Origin: a virus
Taxonomy: Duplodnaviria; Caudoviricetes
Virus record (IMG/VR): IMGVR_UViG_3300020414_000008
Span: 1-64,000 of that record
DNA length: 64,000 nt
Direction: 5' to 3' (one strand)
Made by a program: the position numbers and the translations under genes
Shown: positions 20,343 through 34,900 of the stretch, one piece after another
Position numbering within the stretch: the stretch's first letter is position 1
How the letters are laid out: each line of letters opens with the position of its first letter
Notes under the pieces: generated by a model
The model's database searches: none
What the model was told of the DNA's origin: nothing
The model's input: the letters and a program-made list of their open reading frames with translations, nothing else

Positions 20343-20534
20343 ATGGAACAATACAAAGGTTTAGAAGAAAACGATTTAAAAGTTATACAAATCGCATTAA
20401 ATAAACTACCAATAACAGGTGCAGAAGCACAGATGATGGTAGGAATCCAACAAAAAATCCAAATGGAGTTAGACTTCTTAAAAACTCCAAAAAGAGGTAG
20501 ACCAAAAAAAGGTAATACAATAATTAAAGGATAA
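20343..20534 (+). CDS. Small hypothetical protein (possible fibre chaperone, paralog-like of previous)
   Basis: 63 aa; LEENDLKVIQIALNKLPITGAEA...KIQ resembles the upstream ORF. Confidence 0.6.
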   Translation: MEQYKGLEENDLKVIQIALNKLPITGAEAQMMVGIQQKIQMELDFLKTPKRGRPKKGNTIIKG

Positions 20535-20590
20535 TTTTACTTTCTTTTATTTTTTCAATACTTATATAAAAGAAATTAAGTTAAATCTTG

Positions 20591-20636
20591 GTTGTTGGCC
20601 CTTATGGGAAGTGGGCACGAATGTGTTACCAACCGC
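20591..20636 (+). ncRNA. Putative structured 5'-UTR RNA (three-way junction)
   Basis: GTTGG/CCAAC closing stem, CCC-TTAT-GGG hairpin, AAGT linker, GGCAC-GAAT-GTGTT hairpin; GC-rich patch in an AT-rich intergenic region. Confidence 0.4.
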
Positions 20637-20652
20637 AAATTAGGATTAGAAT

Positions 20653-21462
20653 ATGCCAAATTGGAAAAAAGTAGTAACTTCAGGCAGTAATGCCGTATTT
20701 AATGAAATAACCGCGTCAGGTGAAGTTCGTTTCGATGGAACGGGTTCATTTAATTCAGGAATACATCTTCCTGACTCTAAAGAAATATCGCTAGGTGATG
20801 GCGGAAATCTAAAAATATATCATAACGGTGCAAATTCTTACATTCACGAAGGTAAGGGTGACGCAGACGGAGCATTATACATTATTGGTTCTTGGTTGTT
20901 GATGGAATCAACGGAAGGAAACCCATTAATCTATGCAAAACACGGTGACAACACAGGAGAGGTTCAATTATATCACGGTGGTAATCAAAAATTTAGAACA
21001 CAAGCAACAGGGTCCCATGTAACAGGTCACTTATCATTATCAGGTGGTATAACTAAAGCACCTATGATGATTTCAACAAATGGTGAAGTTCCACTTGAAG
21101 GTATAACTAATGCATTTGTTCCATTCTCAAGTATAAACACAATGGACCAACATACAGTAAACGGTTACTATCAATTCGCAGCACCGTATGATGGAACTGT
21201 ACAAAAAATTATGGTTCATCCACATACAAACGCAACAGCAGGTACTTGTACAATACAACTATTAAAAAACGGAAGTAATTTAGGAAGTTCTGTACAGGCA
21301 TCAATTTCAGCAACAAGAGGTACTATTAGAGAATTTAGTTTCGGAGATACTTACAGTTTTGATAAAGGTGATAGACTAAATCTAAAATTTGACAGAGAAG
21401 AAGCAGAACGAGCAACAGGTTTTGGGTTCACAATAGTATTTGAAATGAACACAACAACATAA
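20653..21462 (+). CDS. Fibre-associated structural protein
   Basis: [13 protein letters not shown]-terminus shared with 18723; [17 protein letters not shown] fibre repeat; beta-rich C-terminal domain. Confidence 0.65.
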   Translation: MPNWKKVVTSGSNAVFNEITASGEVRFDGTGSFNSGIHLPDSKEISLGDGGNLKIYHNGANSYIHEGKGDADGALYIIGSWLLMESTEGNPLIYAKHGDNTGEVQLYHGGNQKFRTQATGSHVTGHLSLSGGITKAPMMISTNGEVPLEGITNAFVPFSSINTMDQHTVNGYYQFAAPYDGTVQKIMVHPHTNATAGTCTIQLLKNGSNLGSSVQASISATRGTIREFSFGDTYSFDKGDRLNLKFDREEAERATGFGFTIVFEMNTTT

Positions 21463-21472
21463 GGGGTATAAT

Positions 21473-24400
21473 ATGAGTTTGATACACGGATTACATAAAG
21501 ATACCTTACTTGAAATCAACGGTAAACTTACTTCAATAAGTAATATATTAGTTGGTGATAAAGTCCAAGGTTACGATACACAGAATGGTGTCTACAGAGA
21601 CAATAAAGTTGTTAGAGTTGTAACACAAGAAATAGATTCTCATTTAAAATTAAAACTTTCAGACGGAACTGAGTTAAAAACTTCCGTTGATATAAAAATA
21701 TATAAAGATGGTGAATGGGTTTCACCAATCGGTAATACGTCATGCGCATCTGATGATTGTAAATGTTCTCATAAATCATTTTTCAATGACATAAAAGTTA
21801 TTTCCGTAGAATTAGTAGAAAAACCTATAGTAATTAGAAGTATAGAGGTAGAACCTGACCATAATTACTTTGTAGGTAATCTATTAGTACACAACACGGG
21901 TCCACAAGGTCCTAAAGGTCAAAAAGGACAAAAAGGTGCCTTAGGTCCAGCAGCATCGCCAGGTCCTCAAGGAGCACAGGGTGCTAAAGGTAGTACAGGT
22001 GGACAAGGTGGTACAGGTTCAACAGGTCCAAAAGGTCCAAAAGGTTCTACAGGTCCACAGGGAGCACAAGGTCCACAAGGTGCAACAGGACCAAAAGGTC
22101 CACAAGGTGCAACAGGACCACAAGGTGCAACAGGACCACAGGGAGCAACAGGAGCAAAAGGTCCTAAAGGTTCCACAGGTGGGGCGGGTCCAAAAGGTCC
22201 AAAAGGTCCCACAGGTGCAAAAGGTCCAAAAGGTAGTTTAGGTCCACAAGGTGCAAAAGGTCCAAAAGGTTCTACAGGTCCACAAGGTCCACAAGGTGAT
22301 ACAGGTCCTACAGGTGCATCGTTAACAGGTCCACAAGGTGGAAAAGGTCAAAAAGGTGCAACAGGAGCATCACCAACAGGTCCACAAGGTCAAAAAGGTC
22401 AAAAAGGTGCAACAGGTCCTCAAGGTTCAAGTCCTCAGGGTTCTAAAGGTCAAAAAGGTCAAAAAGGTGTAACAGGTCCTCAAGGTTCAAGTCCACAAGG
22501 TGCAACAGGTCCTCAAGGTGGAAAGGGTCAAAAAGGTGAAGTAGGAGCATCACCTCAGGGTGCAACAGGTGCACAAGGTGCAAAAGGTCCACAGGGTCCT
22601 CAAGGTCAAAAGGGTGCACAAGGTTCATCACCACAAGGTGCACAAGGTCCTACAGGAGCAACAGGTGCACAAGGTGCATCACCTCAGGGTGCTAAAGGTC
22701 AAAAAGGTCAAAAAGGTGCAACAGGTCCACAAGGTGCACAAGGTTCAAGTCCACAAGGTTCTAAAGGACAAAAAGGTGCAACAGGTCCACAAGGTGCACA
22801 GGGTGCAAGTCCTCAGGGAGCAAAAGGTAATACAGGTCCAGCAGGAGCAGTAGGTGCACAAGGTCCACAAGGTGCAAGTCCAAAAGGTCAAAAGGGTGCA
22901 CAGGGTAGTACAGGAGCACAAGGTCCTCAAGGTGCACAAGGTTCAAGTCCTCAGGGAGCAAAAGGTCCTAAGGGTCAAAAAGGTGCAGTAGGTCCTCAAG
23001 GTGCACAGGGTGCAAGTCCAACAGGTCCTAAAGGTCCACAGGGAGCGACAGGACCACAAGGAGCACAAGGTGCAAGTCCTAAAGGTCAAAAAGGTGAAGT
23101 AGGTCCTCAAGGTCCTCAAGGAGCACAGGGTTCATCACCACAAGGTGCAAAAGGTCCTCAAGGTTCTAAAGGACAAAAGGGTGAAGTAGGAGCATCACCA
23201 ACAGGTCCACAGGGTGCACAAGGTGCAAAAGGTCCACAGGGTCCTGAAGGTCAAAAAGGTTCACAAGGTGCAAGTCCAAAAGGTTCTCAAGGTCCTACAG
23301 GAGCAACAGGAGCACAAGGTGCAAGTCCTCAAGGTGCAAAAGGTCCTAAAGGTCCACAAGGAGCACAAGGTCCACAAGGTGCACAAGGTGCAAGTCCTCA
23401 AGGTTCTAAAGGTCAAAAAGGTGCAACAGGTCCTCAGGGTGCACAGGGAGCATCACCTCAAGGAGCACAGGGTGCAAAAGGTGCACAAGGTCCTCAGGGT
23501 GAACAAGGTGCACAAGGTGCAAGTCCTAAAGGTCAAAAAGGTCAAAAAGGTGAAGTAGGAGCACAAGGTCCACAAGGAGCACAAGGTTCAAGTCCTCAAG
23601 GTTCTAAAGGACAAAAAGGTCAAAAAGGAGCAGTAGGTCCTCAAGGTGCACAAGGAGCATCTCCTCAGGGAGCACAAGGTCCTCAAGGTTCTAAAGGTCA
23701 AAAAGGTGAAATAGGAGCACAGGGTGCGAGTCCAAAAGGTCAAAAAGGTGCACAAGGTGGTCAAGGGGCAACAGGAGCACAGGGTTCATCACCACAAGGT
23801 GCTAAAGGTCCACAGGGGTCTAAAGGTCAAAAAGGTGAAATAGGAGCACAAGGTGCAAGTCCTAAAGGTCAAAAAGGTGAAGTAGGAGCACAAGGTCCTC
23901 AAGGTGCACAGGGTTCAAGTCCTAAAGGACAAAAAGGTGAAGTAGGAGCACAAGGTCCTCAAGGTGCACAGGGTTCAAGTCCTCAAGGTGACCGAGGTGC
24001 ACAAGGAGCAACAGGAGCACAAGGTCCTCAAGGTGCACAAGGTGCAAGTCCTCAAGGTGCAAAAGGTCCTAAGGGTCAAAAAGGTGAAATAGGAGCACAG
24101 GGTGCAAGTCCACAAGGAGCACAAGGTCCTAAAGGTCCTCAGGGTGACCAAGGTGCACAAGGTAGTTCACCTCAAGGTTCAAAAGGTGAAAAAGGACAAA
24201 AAGGAGCACAAGGTCCAACAGGTGCACAGGGTGCAAGTCCACAAGGTGCAAAAGGTCAGAAAGGACAAAAAGGTGCATTAGGTGACCAAGGTGCACAGGG
24301 TGCAAGTCCAAAAGGTCAAAAAGGTGAATTAGGTCCTAAAGGTCAAAAAGGTGAAATAGGAGCACAAGGTGCAAGTCCTAAAGGTCAAAAAGGTGAAATA

Positions 24401-24901
24401 GGAGCACAGGGTCCTCAGGGTGACCAAGGTGCACAAGGAGCAGCACCTCAAGGTTCTAAAGGTCAAAAGGGTGAAGTAGGAGCACAAGGTCCTCAAGGTG
24501 CACAAGGTGCAAGTCCTAAAGGTCAAAAAGGTGAAATAGGAGCACAGGGTCCTCAAGGTGCACAAGGTTCATCACCTCAAGGAGCACAAGGTCCTAAAGG
24601 TGAAAAAGGTCAAAAAGGTGAAAAGGGTGCAACAGGAGCACAAGGTGCAAGTCCTAAAGGTGAAAAAGGTCAAAAGGGTGCACAAGGAGCAACAGGAGCA
24701 CAAGGAGCGAGTCCTCAAGGAGATAAAGGTCAAAAAGGTGTAACAGGAGCAAAAGGTGAACCAGCATTAGGAACGGTAATTAATCAACTAACTGCGCCTG
24801 GTGATGGATTTAGTTTTTCTTTAAATGATGGATTATTAACATTTAAGAGTGGAAGTTTCACAGGTATCGTTTTGATGTATACAAGTGGAAGTGTCTCTTA
24901 A
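21473..24901 (+). CDS. Collagen-like protein 1 with N-terminal Hint domain
   Basis: Residues 1-141 are Hint-like, ending [18 protein letters not shown]|T; ~950 aa of Gly-X-Y with periodic G(A/S)SP(Q/K/T)G breaks; short C-terminal domain. Confidence 0.88.
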   Translation: MSLIHGLHKDTLLEINGKLTSISNILVGDKVQGYDTQNGVYRDNKVVRVVTQEIDSHLKLKLSDGTELKTSVDIKIYKDGEWVSPIGNTSCASDDCKCSHKSFFNDIKVISVELVEKPIVIRSIEVEPDHNYFVGNLLVHNTGPQGPKGQKGQKGALGPAASPGPQGAQGAKGSTGGQGGTGSTGPKGPKGSTGPQGAQGPQGATGPKGPQGATGPQGATGPQGATGAKGPKGSTGGAGPKGPKGPTGAKGPKGSLGPQGAKGPKGSTGPQGPQGDTGPTGASLTGPQGGKGQKGATGASPTGPQGQKGQKGATGPQGSSPQGSKGQKGQKGVTGPQGSSPQGATGPQGGKGQKGEVGASPQGATGAQGAKGPQGPQGQKGAQGSSPQGAQGPTGATGAQGASPQGAKGQKGQKGATGPQGAQGSSPQGSKGQKGATGPQGAQGASPQGAKGNTGPAGAVGAQGPQGASPKGQKGAQGSTGAQGPQGAQGSSPQGAKGPKGQKGAVGPQGAQGASPTGPKGPQGATGPQGAQGASPKGQKGEVGPQGPQGAQGSSPQGAKGPQGSKGQKGEVGASPTGPQGAQGAKGPQGPEGQKGSQGASPKGSQGPTGATGAQGASPQGAKGPKGPQGAQGPQGAQGASPQGSKGQKGATGPQGAQGASPQGAQGAKGAQGPQGEQGAQGASPKGQKGQKGEVGAQGPQGAQGSSPQGSKGQKGQKGAVGPQGAQGASPQGAQGPQGSKGQKGEIGAQGASPKGQKGAQGGQGATGAQGSSPQGAKGPQGSKGQKGEIGAQGASPKGQKGEVGAQGPQGAQGSSPKGQKGEVGAQGPQGAQGSSPQGDRGAQGATGAQGPQGAQGASPQGAKGPKGQKGEIGAQGASPQGAQGPKGPQGDQGAQGSSPQGSKGEKGQKGAQGPTGAQGASPQGAKGQKGQKGALGDQGAQGASPKGQKGELGPKGQKGEIGAQGASPKGQKGEIGAQGPQGDQGAQGAAPQGSKGQKGEVGAQGPQGAQGASPKGQKGEIGAQGPQGAQGSSPQGAQGPKGEKGQKGEKGATGAQGASPKGEKGQKGAQGATGAQGASPQGDKGQKGVTGAKGEPALGTVINQLTAPGDGFSFSLNDGLLTFKSGSFTGIVLMYTSGSVS

Positions 24902-24917
24902 TATAAAAAGGTAACAG

Positions 24918-28628
<3,711 letters not shown>

Positions 28629-28679
28629 TATTTATTAAAATAATTTTCATATTTATATAAAAGATTAAAACAATTAGTT

Positions 28680-29282
28680 ATGAATGGTAATTTCTCGTTT
28701 GATAGAAACACATACAGACAAGACGTAAACTTTACTGATTATTATTGGTTCAAGAACGCATTTTCCCCACAAGAGTTAGTTAATATAGAACAAATGACAA
28801 ACGCGATTGAATTCGAAGACGCGGTAACAGGTGAGGGTGATAATTCAAAAGTATCTGATTACAGAAAGTCAAGAATAAAATGGTGTCCACAAAATCTTGA
28901 GTGGGCGTGGGTATATAATAAACTTCACGATTATATAAAAGAAGCAAATGACATAATGTGGAAGTTTGATTTATCTACTATGAATGAATCAATCCAATAT
29001 ACAGAATATTATGGAACACAAGAAGGTGGATATGAATGGCACATGGATTGTGGTGAACAAATTCAAAACCAAAGAAAAGTATCAGTAACAGTACAACTTT
29101 CAGATTCACATGAGTATGAAGGTGGTGATTTGGAATTTAATATTGGTCAACATAAGGTAGCACCAAGGTCTCAAGGAGCAGCAGTTATATTTCCATCATT
29201 TTATTTACATAGAGTAACTCCTGTAACAAAGGGTGTAAGAAAGTCTTTCGTTCTTTGGGTAGGTGGAGAACCATATAGGTAA
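28680..29282 (+). CDS. 2OG-Fe(II) oxygenase (prolyl-4-hydroxylase/PKHD-like)
   Basis: WHMD (HxD), YEGGDLEF, FPSFYLHRVTPVTKGVRKS (distal His, 2OG-binding Arg). Confidence 0.9.
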   Translation: MNGNFSFDRNTYRQDVNFTDYYWFKNAFSPQELVNIEQMTNAIEFEDAVTGEGDNSKVSDYRKSRIKWCPQNLEWAWVYNKLHDYIKEANDIMWKFDLSTMNESIQYTEYYGTQEGGYEWHMDCGEQIQNQRKVSVTVQLSDSHEYEGGDLEFNIGQHKVAPRSQGAAVIFPSFYLHRVTPVTKGVRKSFVLWVGGEPYR

Positions 29283-29288
29283 TTTACT

Positions 29289-30578
29289 ATGAAAACAAGT
29301 TTACCCACAGCATTAATATATGGTTGGGATAGGTTTGGTGAAATAAAATTAAAATCAGATGTATATCACCAAGAAGATTTGTATGAAGATGTTATTTTAT
29401 ATTCATATGAATCGAGTATAGATTTTAAAAAAGATTTCGCAAAACATAGACCCGATATTATTATTGTAATTGGTGAAGTTGGAAATAATATTTTACAAAT
29501 GGGACATCATACGATGGTATCAAGTAAGATAGTATCATATGATTCTATTCCATCTGATAATATTTTGGCTAATGATGTAGTTTGTCAATCAACATTTTGG
29601 GCATGTAAATCACAAAAAGAAGTATATGGTGATAAAGATAAACCAATACTATCTATATTTACTCCAACTTATATAACAAACGAAAGAATATTTAGAACGT
29701 ATGAAAGTTTGGTAAATCAAACTTACGAAAATTGGGAGTGGGTTGTCGTAGATGATTCACCATCTGATGAAAACAAAACTTGGGAATATCTTGAAGATAT
29801 CGCAAGTCAAGATTATAGAGTTCACATACATAAAATGACACCAACCTCAGGTGGTAACGTTGGTGAAGTAAAACATAGAGCAGCTATGTTATGTAATGGT
29901 GAATGGTTATTTGAATTAGACCATGATGATTGGTTAATTTCAACTTGTTTGGAAGATGTATTTAAAGCAAGTAAGAAACATCCTGATTCAGGATTTATAT
30001 ATACAGACGTAACTGAAATTAACAAAGATAATTCACCAAGAGATTATGGTCGTATAGGAGATGATTGGTATGGACATCCTGATAATAACTTTGCATGGGG
30101 ATATGCAGGACATACTTGGGAAACAAGAGACGGTGAGAAATGGTTAGTACATCACTATCCTGATATTAACCCTAAAACAATTAGATTTAATATTGGTATG
30201 CCAAATCATTGTAGAGTTTGGAATAGAGATACTTATCATAAGATAAGAGGACATAGTAGACATATATCAGTCGCAGATGATTATGAATTGATTGTAAAAA
30301 CATTTTTAGAAACTAAATTTATACATCTTAAAAAAATGTTGTATGTACAATATAATAATGGTGATTCTACAGTTGATAATAATGTAATTGATATTAATCG
30401 TAGAGCAAGATTGATTAGAGATTATTATGACCCAATGATTCACAAAAGAATAAAAGAATTGGGTGGTTTTGATTGGAGTTGGAATGAAGATGATAATAGA
30501 TGTTATCAATTACAACGTTGGATGGATTGGACCCGATTTTATGACAAAGAAGAAGTTTTAAATTATATAGTAGAGTAA
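29289..30578 (+). CDS. Family 2 glycosyltransferase with extra N-terminal domain
   Basis: SIFTPTY, WEWVVVDDS, GEWLFELDHDD, ADDYEL motifs. Confidence 0.9.
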   Translation: MKTSLPTALIYGWDRFGEIKLKSDVYHQEDLYEDVILYSYESSIDFKKDFAKHRPDIIIVIGEVGNNILQMGHHTMVSSKIVSYDSIPSDNILANDVVCQSTFWACKSQKEVYGDKDKPILSIFTPTYITNERIFRTYESLVNQTYENWEWVVVDDSPSDENKTWEYLEDIASQDYRVHIHKMTPTSGGNVGEVKHRAAMLCNGEWLFELDHDDWLISTCLEDVFKASKKHPDSGFIYTDVTEINKDNSPRDYGRIGDDWYGHPDNNFAWGYAGHTWETRDGEKWLVHHYPDINPKTIRFNIGMPNHCRVWNRDTYHKIRGHSRHISVADDYELIVKTFLETKFIHLKKMLYVQYNNGDSTVDNNVIDINRRARLIRDYYDPMIHKRIKELGGFDWSWNEDDNRCYQLQRWMDWTRFYDKEEVLNYIVE

Positions 30579-30581
30579 GAT

Positions 30582-32279
30582 ATGAAAATATTAATTTATG
30601 TAGGTTATCAAAAAGAATCAGTTAACAAAGATTATTGGTTAAGTAAAGGAATGGGTGGTTCTGAATATTGTGTTATGAAACTTTCAGAACAATTCGCACA
30701 AAATGGACACGATGTAACAATTACAGGTGGTATTACCGACCAAGATGTTGATGGTGTCAAGTATAGAAGTATAGAAAGTTTTATTAATAGTGGTGAAAAC
30801 TATTTTGATATTGTAATATCTACAAATTATATACATTATATTCAAATGTTAGAGGATTTTGGAATAAATTATGAAAAATCTTATTTTTGGATTCATAATG
30901 AAGAATTTTATACTTGGTACAATGGTGTAGAATTACCAAATGAAGGATTGGATTATCTAAATCACGACAAGTTAGATAAGATAATAGCAGTATCAGAATG
31001 GCAAAAAAATGTATTAGTTGAAAAATATAGTTTGGAACCATCTAAAGTAAGTGTAATAGGAAACGCGATAACTCCAAGTGATTTTGATAGTATTGAACAA
31101 GAAAAATATAACAATAAAATAATCTATACATCATCACCTGATAGAGGGTTAGTTGATTTACTTGATATATGGCCAAAACTTAAAAAAATAAATCCTGAAT
31201 TAACTTTATGGATTGCATCACCACCATATACAAAAGATTGGGACCTTTCTGTATTAGAATCGTTACCAAATGATGTTAGATGGTTAGGTCATTTACCACC
31301 AAGTGAACTATACAAACAAATTAAATCATCTGAGTATTGGATTTACCCATCCACATACGATGAGACATATTGTATAACAGCATTAGAGATGATGATGGGT
31401 AGAGTTAAATTGATATCTACTGATACAGCAAATCTCAAAACTTTATTAGATGGTAAATGTAGTTTAATCAGGTCAGATTTATCTAACTCATTAATGAAAG
31501 AAACAATAATTTCTTCATATGTATTTTTAAGAGAAAATGAAGAAGTAGCACAAAAATATTTAAACGTAGGTGAACAATTTGCAAGAGAACAGACTTGGGA
31601 AGTCAGATATAAAGAGTGGATGGATGTAATGGAAGGTTATTCAGAAGAAACAGAAAGATTACATCCCGAACTTTACGATTATTGGAACAACAAAGAGGAA
31701 TGGGTAAATAAATTTATCACATATTCAGCAAGAACAAAAGAATGGGACTTGATAGTAGATGAACCATTTGATAATTGTTTTTCATTTCCATTATTTACTC
31801 CTGAGTTTTGTAAAATGATTCGTGAAGAAGCAGAACATTCTGATTCTTGGACAGTAGACAGACACGAAAACTATCCTACAACAGATATGGTCTTACAGAC
31901 GATAGGAATGCATGACATTTATATGGAAGTATTAAAAGAATATGTTATGCCATTATCAATCTATATGTGGGCATTGGAAGGTAAAGGTTGGGATTCTATG
32001 AAAGCTGAAAACTTTTTAGCAAAATATATACCAACAGCACAAGGACATCTTTCTATACATCATGATAGAGCAGATATTACTTGTTTGATACAATTATCGG
32101 ACTTAAATGAGTATGAAGGTGGTGGTACTTGGTTCAGACGACAAAAGAAATTAATTAAGAATGATATCGGTTATGCAACCCTACATCCTGGCAACATAAC
32201 TCACAAGCATGGGGCAAGAGCAGTGACAAAAGGGACACGTTATATAATAGTTTCGTTTATGGAAAATGGGGAAAGGTAA
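30582..32279 (+). CDS. GT-B (GT4-like) glycosyltransferase fused to a PLOD-like lysyl hydroxylase domain
   Basis: N-terminal GGSE...YTSSPDRGL...YPSTYDETYCITALE; C-terminal LHPELY..W, FPLFTPEFC, ENYPTTD, HHD, YEGGGTWF, LHPGNITHKH, GTRYIIVSF as in LH/PLOD catalytic domains. Confidence 0.85.
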   Translation: MKILIYVGYQKESVNKDYWLSKGMGGSEYCVMKLSEQFAQNGHDVTITGGITDQDVDGVKYRSIESFINSGENYFDIVISTNYIHYIQMLEDFGINYEKSYFWIHNEEFYTWYNGVELPNEGLDYLNHDKLDKIIAVSEWQKNVLVEKYSLEPSKVSVIGNAITPSDFDSIEQEKYNNKIIYTSSPDRGLVDLLDIWPKLKKINPELTLWIASPPYTKDWDLSVLESLPNDVRWLGHLPPSELYKQIKSSEYWIYPSTYDETYCITALEMMMGRVKLISTDTANLKTLLDGKCSLIRSDLSNSLMKETIISSYVFLRENEEVAQKYLNVGEQFAREQTWEVRYKEWMDVMEGYSEETERLHPELYDYWNNKEEWVNKFITYSARTKEWDLIVDEPFDNCFSFPLFTPEFCKMIREEAEHSDSWTVDRHENYPTTDMVLQTIGMHDIYMEVLKEYVMPLSIYMWALEGKGWDSMKAENFLAKYIPTAQGHLSIHHDRADITCLIQLSDLNEYEGGGTWFRRQKKLIKNDIGYATLHPGNITHKHGARAVTKGTRYIIVSFMENGER

Positions 32280-32315
32280 GTTTGTCCATATTTATATACA
32301 TAAAGGGGATTTAAA

Positions 32316-33479
32316 ATGGCAGTAAATATACCAATATGGCCTGGTTCAGGTTCGTTTTCAAGTGGTTCTTCTACTCCTTTCGGATACTTTGATGGTGATA
32401 CAACATTTCAAAGTGACGCACCGAAAGTAGCAGAATGGTGTGCTAAAAGATTAGGATATCCAATCGTAGATGTCGAATTACAAGATATAAACTTTTTCGC
32501 GTGTTTAGAAGAAGCAGCAAATGAATATTCTTCACAAGTAAATCAATATAGAGCTAAAGAAAACTTACTATCTTTAAAAGGTAATTCATTAGATTTAGAT
32601 TTAAAAGATACTGAAATCGCTACTAACTTAGGTGGAGTAGTAAATATTGCAAAAGATTATGGTACTGAAGCGGGAAGTGGTGGTAGAGTAACTGTATATA
32701 CAGGTTCCTTTGAAATGGTTGGTGGTCAACAAATATATGACTTAGGTGATGATAATGTTGTTAACTTAGAAAGTGGTTCAGTATCAAACGGGATTACACT
32801 AAGAAAAGTATTCCATACACAACCACCAGCAATAATAAGATATTTTGACCCGTTTGTAGGAACAGGTCTTGGTTCTCAACAAATGTTAAATACATTTGGA
32901 TGGGGAGCGTATTCGCCAGGTGTATCGTTTATGATGCAACCGATGTTCGATGACTTGTTAAGATTACAGGCGATTGAATTTAATGATTACATAAGAAAAT
33001 CATCATTTGGATTTCATGTAGATGGACAAAGAGTAAAATTATTCCCTGTTCCTGCAACAGGTGACGCAGGTGCAAAAGTATATTTTAATTATACATTAGA
33101 AAGTGAAACAAAATCACCGATTGCAAATTCAAATGTTGTAAGTGATTTATCAAACGCACCATTTGGAAGATTAACATATACAAATATTAATAGTGCGGGT
33201 AAACAGTGGATTGCAAGATATTCATTAGCATTAGCAAAAGAAATGTTAGGAGCAATCAGGTCTAAGTTCAGTAACATTCCAATTCCTGGCTCTGAAATAA
33301 CACTTGACGGTGGTGATTTACGAAGTGAAGCAGCAGCGGAAAGAGAAACACTAATCACTGAATTAAAAGAAATGTTAGAAGCAACTTCACGAAGAGCATT
33401 AATGGAAGCGAAAAAAGAAGAATCTGAATTCTTAGAGGAAACTTTAAACAGAGTTCCAAGACCAATTTTTATAGGATAA
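32316..33479 (+). CDS. Neck/head-completion protein (gp13-like)
   Basis: KRLGYPIVDVEL and ALAKEMLGAIRSKF..IP.PG..ITLDG motifs; position upstream of the tail genes. Confidence 0.75.
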   Translation: MAVNIPIWPGSGSFSSGSSTPFGYFDGDTTFQSDAPKVAEWCAKRLGYPIVDVELQDINFFACLEEAANEYSSQVNQYRAKENLLSLKGNSLDLDLKDTEIATNLGGVVNIAKDYGTEAGSGGRVTVYTGSFEMVGGQQIYDLGDDNVVNLESGSVSNGITLRKVFHTQPPAIIRYFDPFVGTGLGSQQMLNTFGWGAYSPGVSFMMQPMFDDLLRLQAIEFNDYIRKSSFGFHVDGQRVKLFPVPATGDAGAKVYFNYTLESETKSPIANSNVVSDLSNAPFGRLTYTNINSAGKQWIARYSLALAKEMLGAIRSKFSNIPIPGSEITLDGGDLRSEAAAERETLITELKEMLEATSRRALMEAKKEESEFLEETLNRVPRPIFIG

Positions 33480-33482
33480 CAA

Positions 33483-34010
33483 ATGGCATTGTTTGGTGGA
33501 CAAAGAGATATGGACTTGTTCAATAAGGTGAACAAGGAACTTATTACCGATATCGTAGATACGGAAGTGTACTATTATATGTTAGTAGTAACTGATACAA
33601 AAGCGAACTTATACGGTGAAGGGAAAAATAAAGTATTTCACAATCCAATAAAAGTACCCGCGTTAGTAGAAAGAAATCAAGCATCACAAATATCTGATGA
33701 CTTTGGTCAATCATATAGTCGTGAGGTTCAATTTAGATTTCTAAGACAGCAGTTAGTTGATAGAGAGTTGGTACCCGAAGTTGGTGATATTATACAATGG
33801 AATAATGAATATCATTTAATAGACGCAGCATATTCATATCAGTATTTTGCAGGAAAGAATCCTAAATATTGGGATGGTGGTGATACTCAAGGTTTAAATG
33901 TATCTATTATATGTGATACTCACGTTTCAAGACAAACAAGTATTAAATTAGCAGAAACAAGATTTGGTAATTCAAATCAAAATGATAACGAAGTACCAAT
34001 AGGACTATAA
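33483..34010 (+). CDS. Neck protein (gp14-like)
   Basis: NLYGE and PEVGDII motifs; synteny. Confidence 0.6.
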   Translation: MALFGGQRDMDLFNKVNKELITDIVDTEVYYYMLVVTDTKANLYGEGKNKVFHNPIKVPALVERNQASQISDDFGQSYSREVQFRFLRQQLVDRELVPEVGDIIQWNNEYHLIDAAYSYQYFAGKNPKYWDGGDTQGLNVSIICDTHVSRQTSIKLAETRFGNSNQNDNEVPIGL

Positions 34011-34011
34011 G

Positions 34012-34854
34012 ATGGCAACAAAATATAGAAACGAAGACAAATCGAAACCGAATATAATTCAGACTCAATCGTCTACGTCACTTGATAAAAAGTTAAATAA
34101 AGCAAAACAAGTTCGTAGAGATAAAGATAAGATGAAGAATTTTTCTGTCGGTATTTACGACATTGATTCTGCATTTAAAAACTTTTTAGAGAAAGATGTA
34201 AAACCAACGGTTGAAGACGATGGAAGATTTTACCCCGTACCTGTAATGTACGCTTCACCTGAGAAATGGTCAAGTGCACAACGAGATGGTTTTATGAAAG
34301 ATGAAAACGGGATGATGTTAACACCCGTTATTGTATTTAAAAGAAATAGTCTTTCTATAAACACTGATATGATGAAGTTAAAAGTAGCAGAAGGTGGTGA
34401 AGACGCATATCAAGTTTTTGAAAGAAAATATACAAACGTAAACAAATACGACCAATTCTCAGTTTTAACAGGTGAAAATCCTAAAAAAGAATTTATGTCT
34501 GTTGAAAGACCCGACTATGTAAACTTAGAGTATGAAGTGATAGTTTGGTGTGATTATATGGAACAGGTCAACAAAGTGGTAGAACAAATTGTATTCTTCC
34601 AAGGTCGTTCTTTTGGTGATAGGTATAAGTTTGTAATAAAAGGTGATTCTTACTCATTCGAAACAATGTCAGAAATGGGTCAAGATAGAATTACTAAAGC
34701 AAATATTACACTACAAACAAAAGCATATATTGTACCCGAATATGTGGGTAATAAAAACAATACAACAAGACGAATTTCAGTTGGAAAAGTGTCTTGGGGT
34801 GAAGATAGTTCATTATCTGGCACTAATTCTATCAAAATTGGTGGTAATGAATAA
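34012..34854 (+). CDS. Tail terminator/sheath stabilizer (gp15-like)
   Basis: VPVMYASPEKW, P.YV.LEYE...W..YMEQ.N.VVEQI motifs; synteny. Confidence 0.6.
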   Translation: MATKYRNEDKSKPNIIQTQSSTSLDKKLNKAKQVRRDKDKMKNFSVGIYDIDSAFKNFLEKDVKPTVEDDGRFYPVPVMYASPEKWSSAQRDGFMKDENGMMLTPVIVFKRNSLSINTDMMKLKVAEGGEDAYQVFERKYTNVNKYDQFSVLTGENPKKEFMSVERPDYVNLEYEVIVWCDYMEQVNKVVEQIVFFQGRSFGDRYKFVIKGDSYSFETMSEMGQDRITKANITLQTKAYIVPEYVGNKNNTTRRISVGKVSWGEDSSLSGTNSIKIGGNE

Positions 34855-34900
34855 TTTTTACATATTTATATAATGTAAGTTAAAATTAAAGTAAATTGTT

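Noticed and set aside
28680-32279. DNA hypermodification cluster (TET/JBP plus glucosyltransferase)
   Set aside because: The oxygenases resemble P4H/PLOD rather than TET/JBP, they sit in the structural region beside collagens, and restriction-site avoidance argues against protected DNA. Not excluded experimentally.
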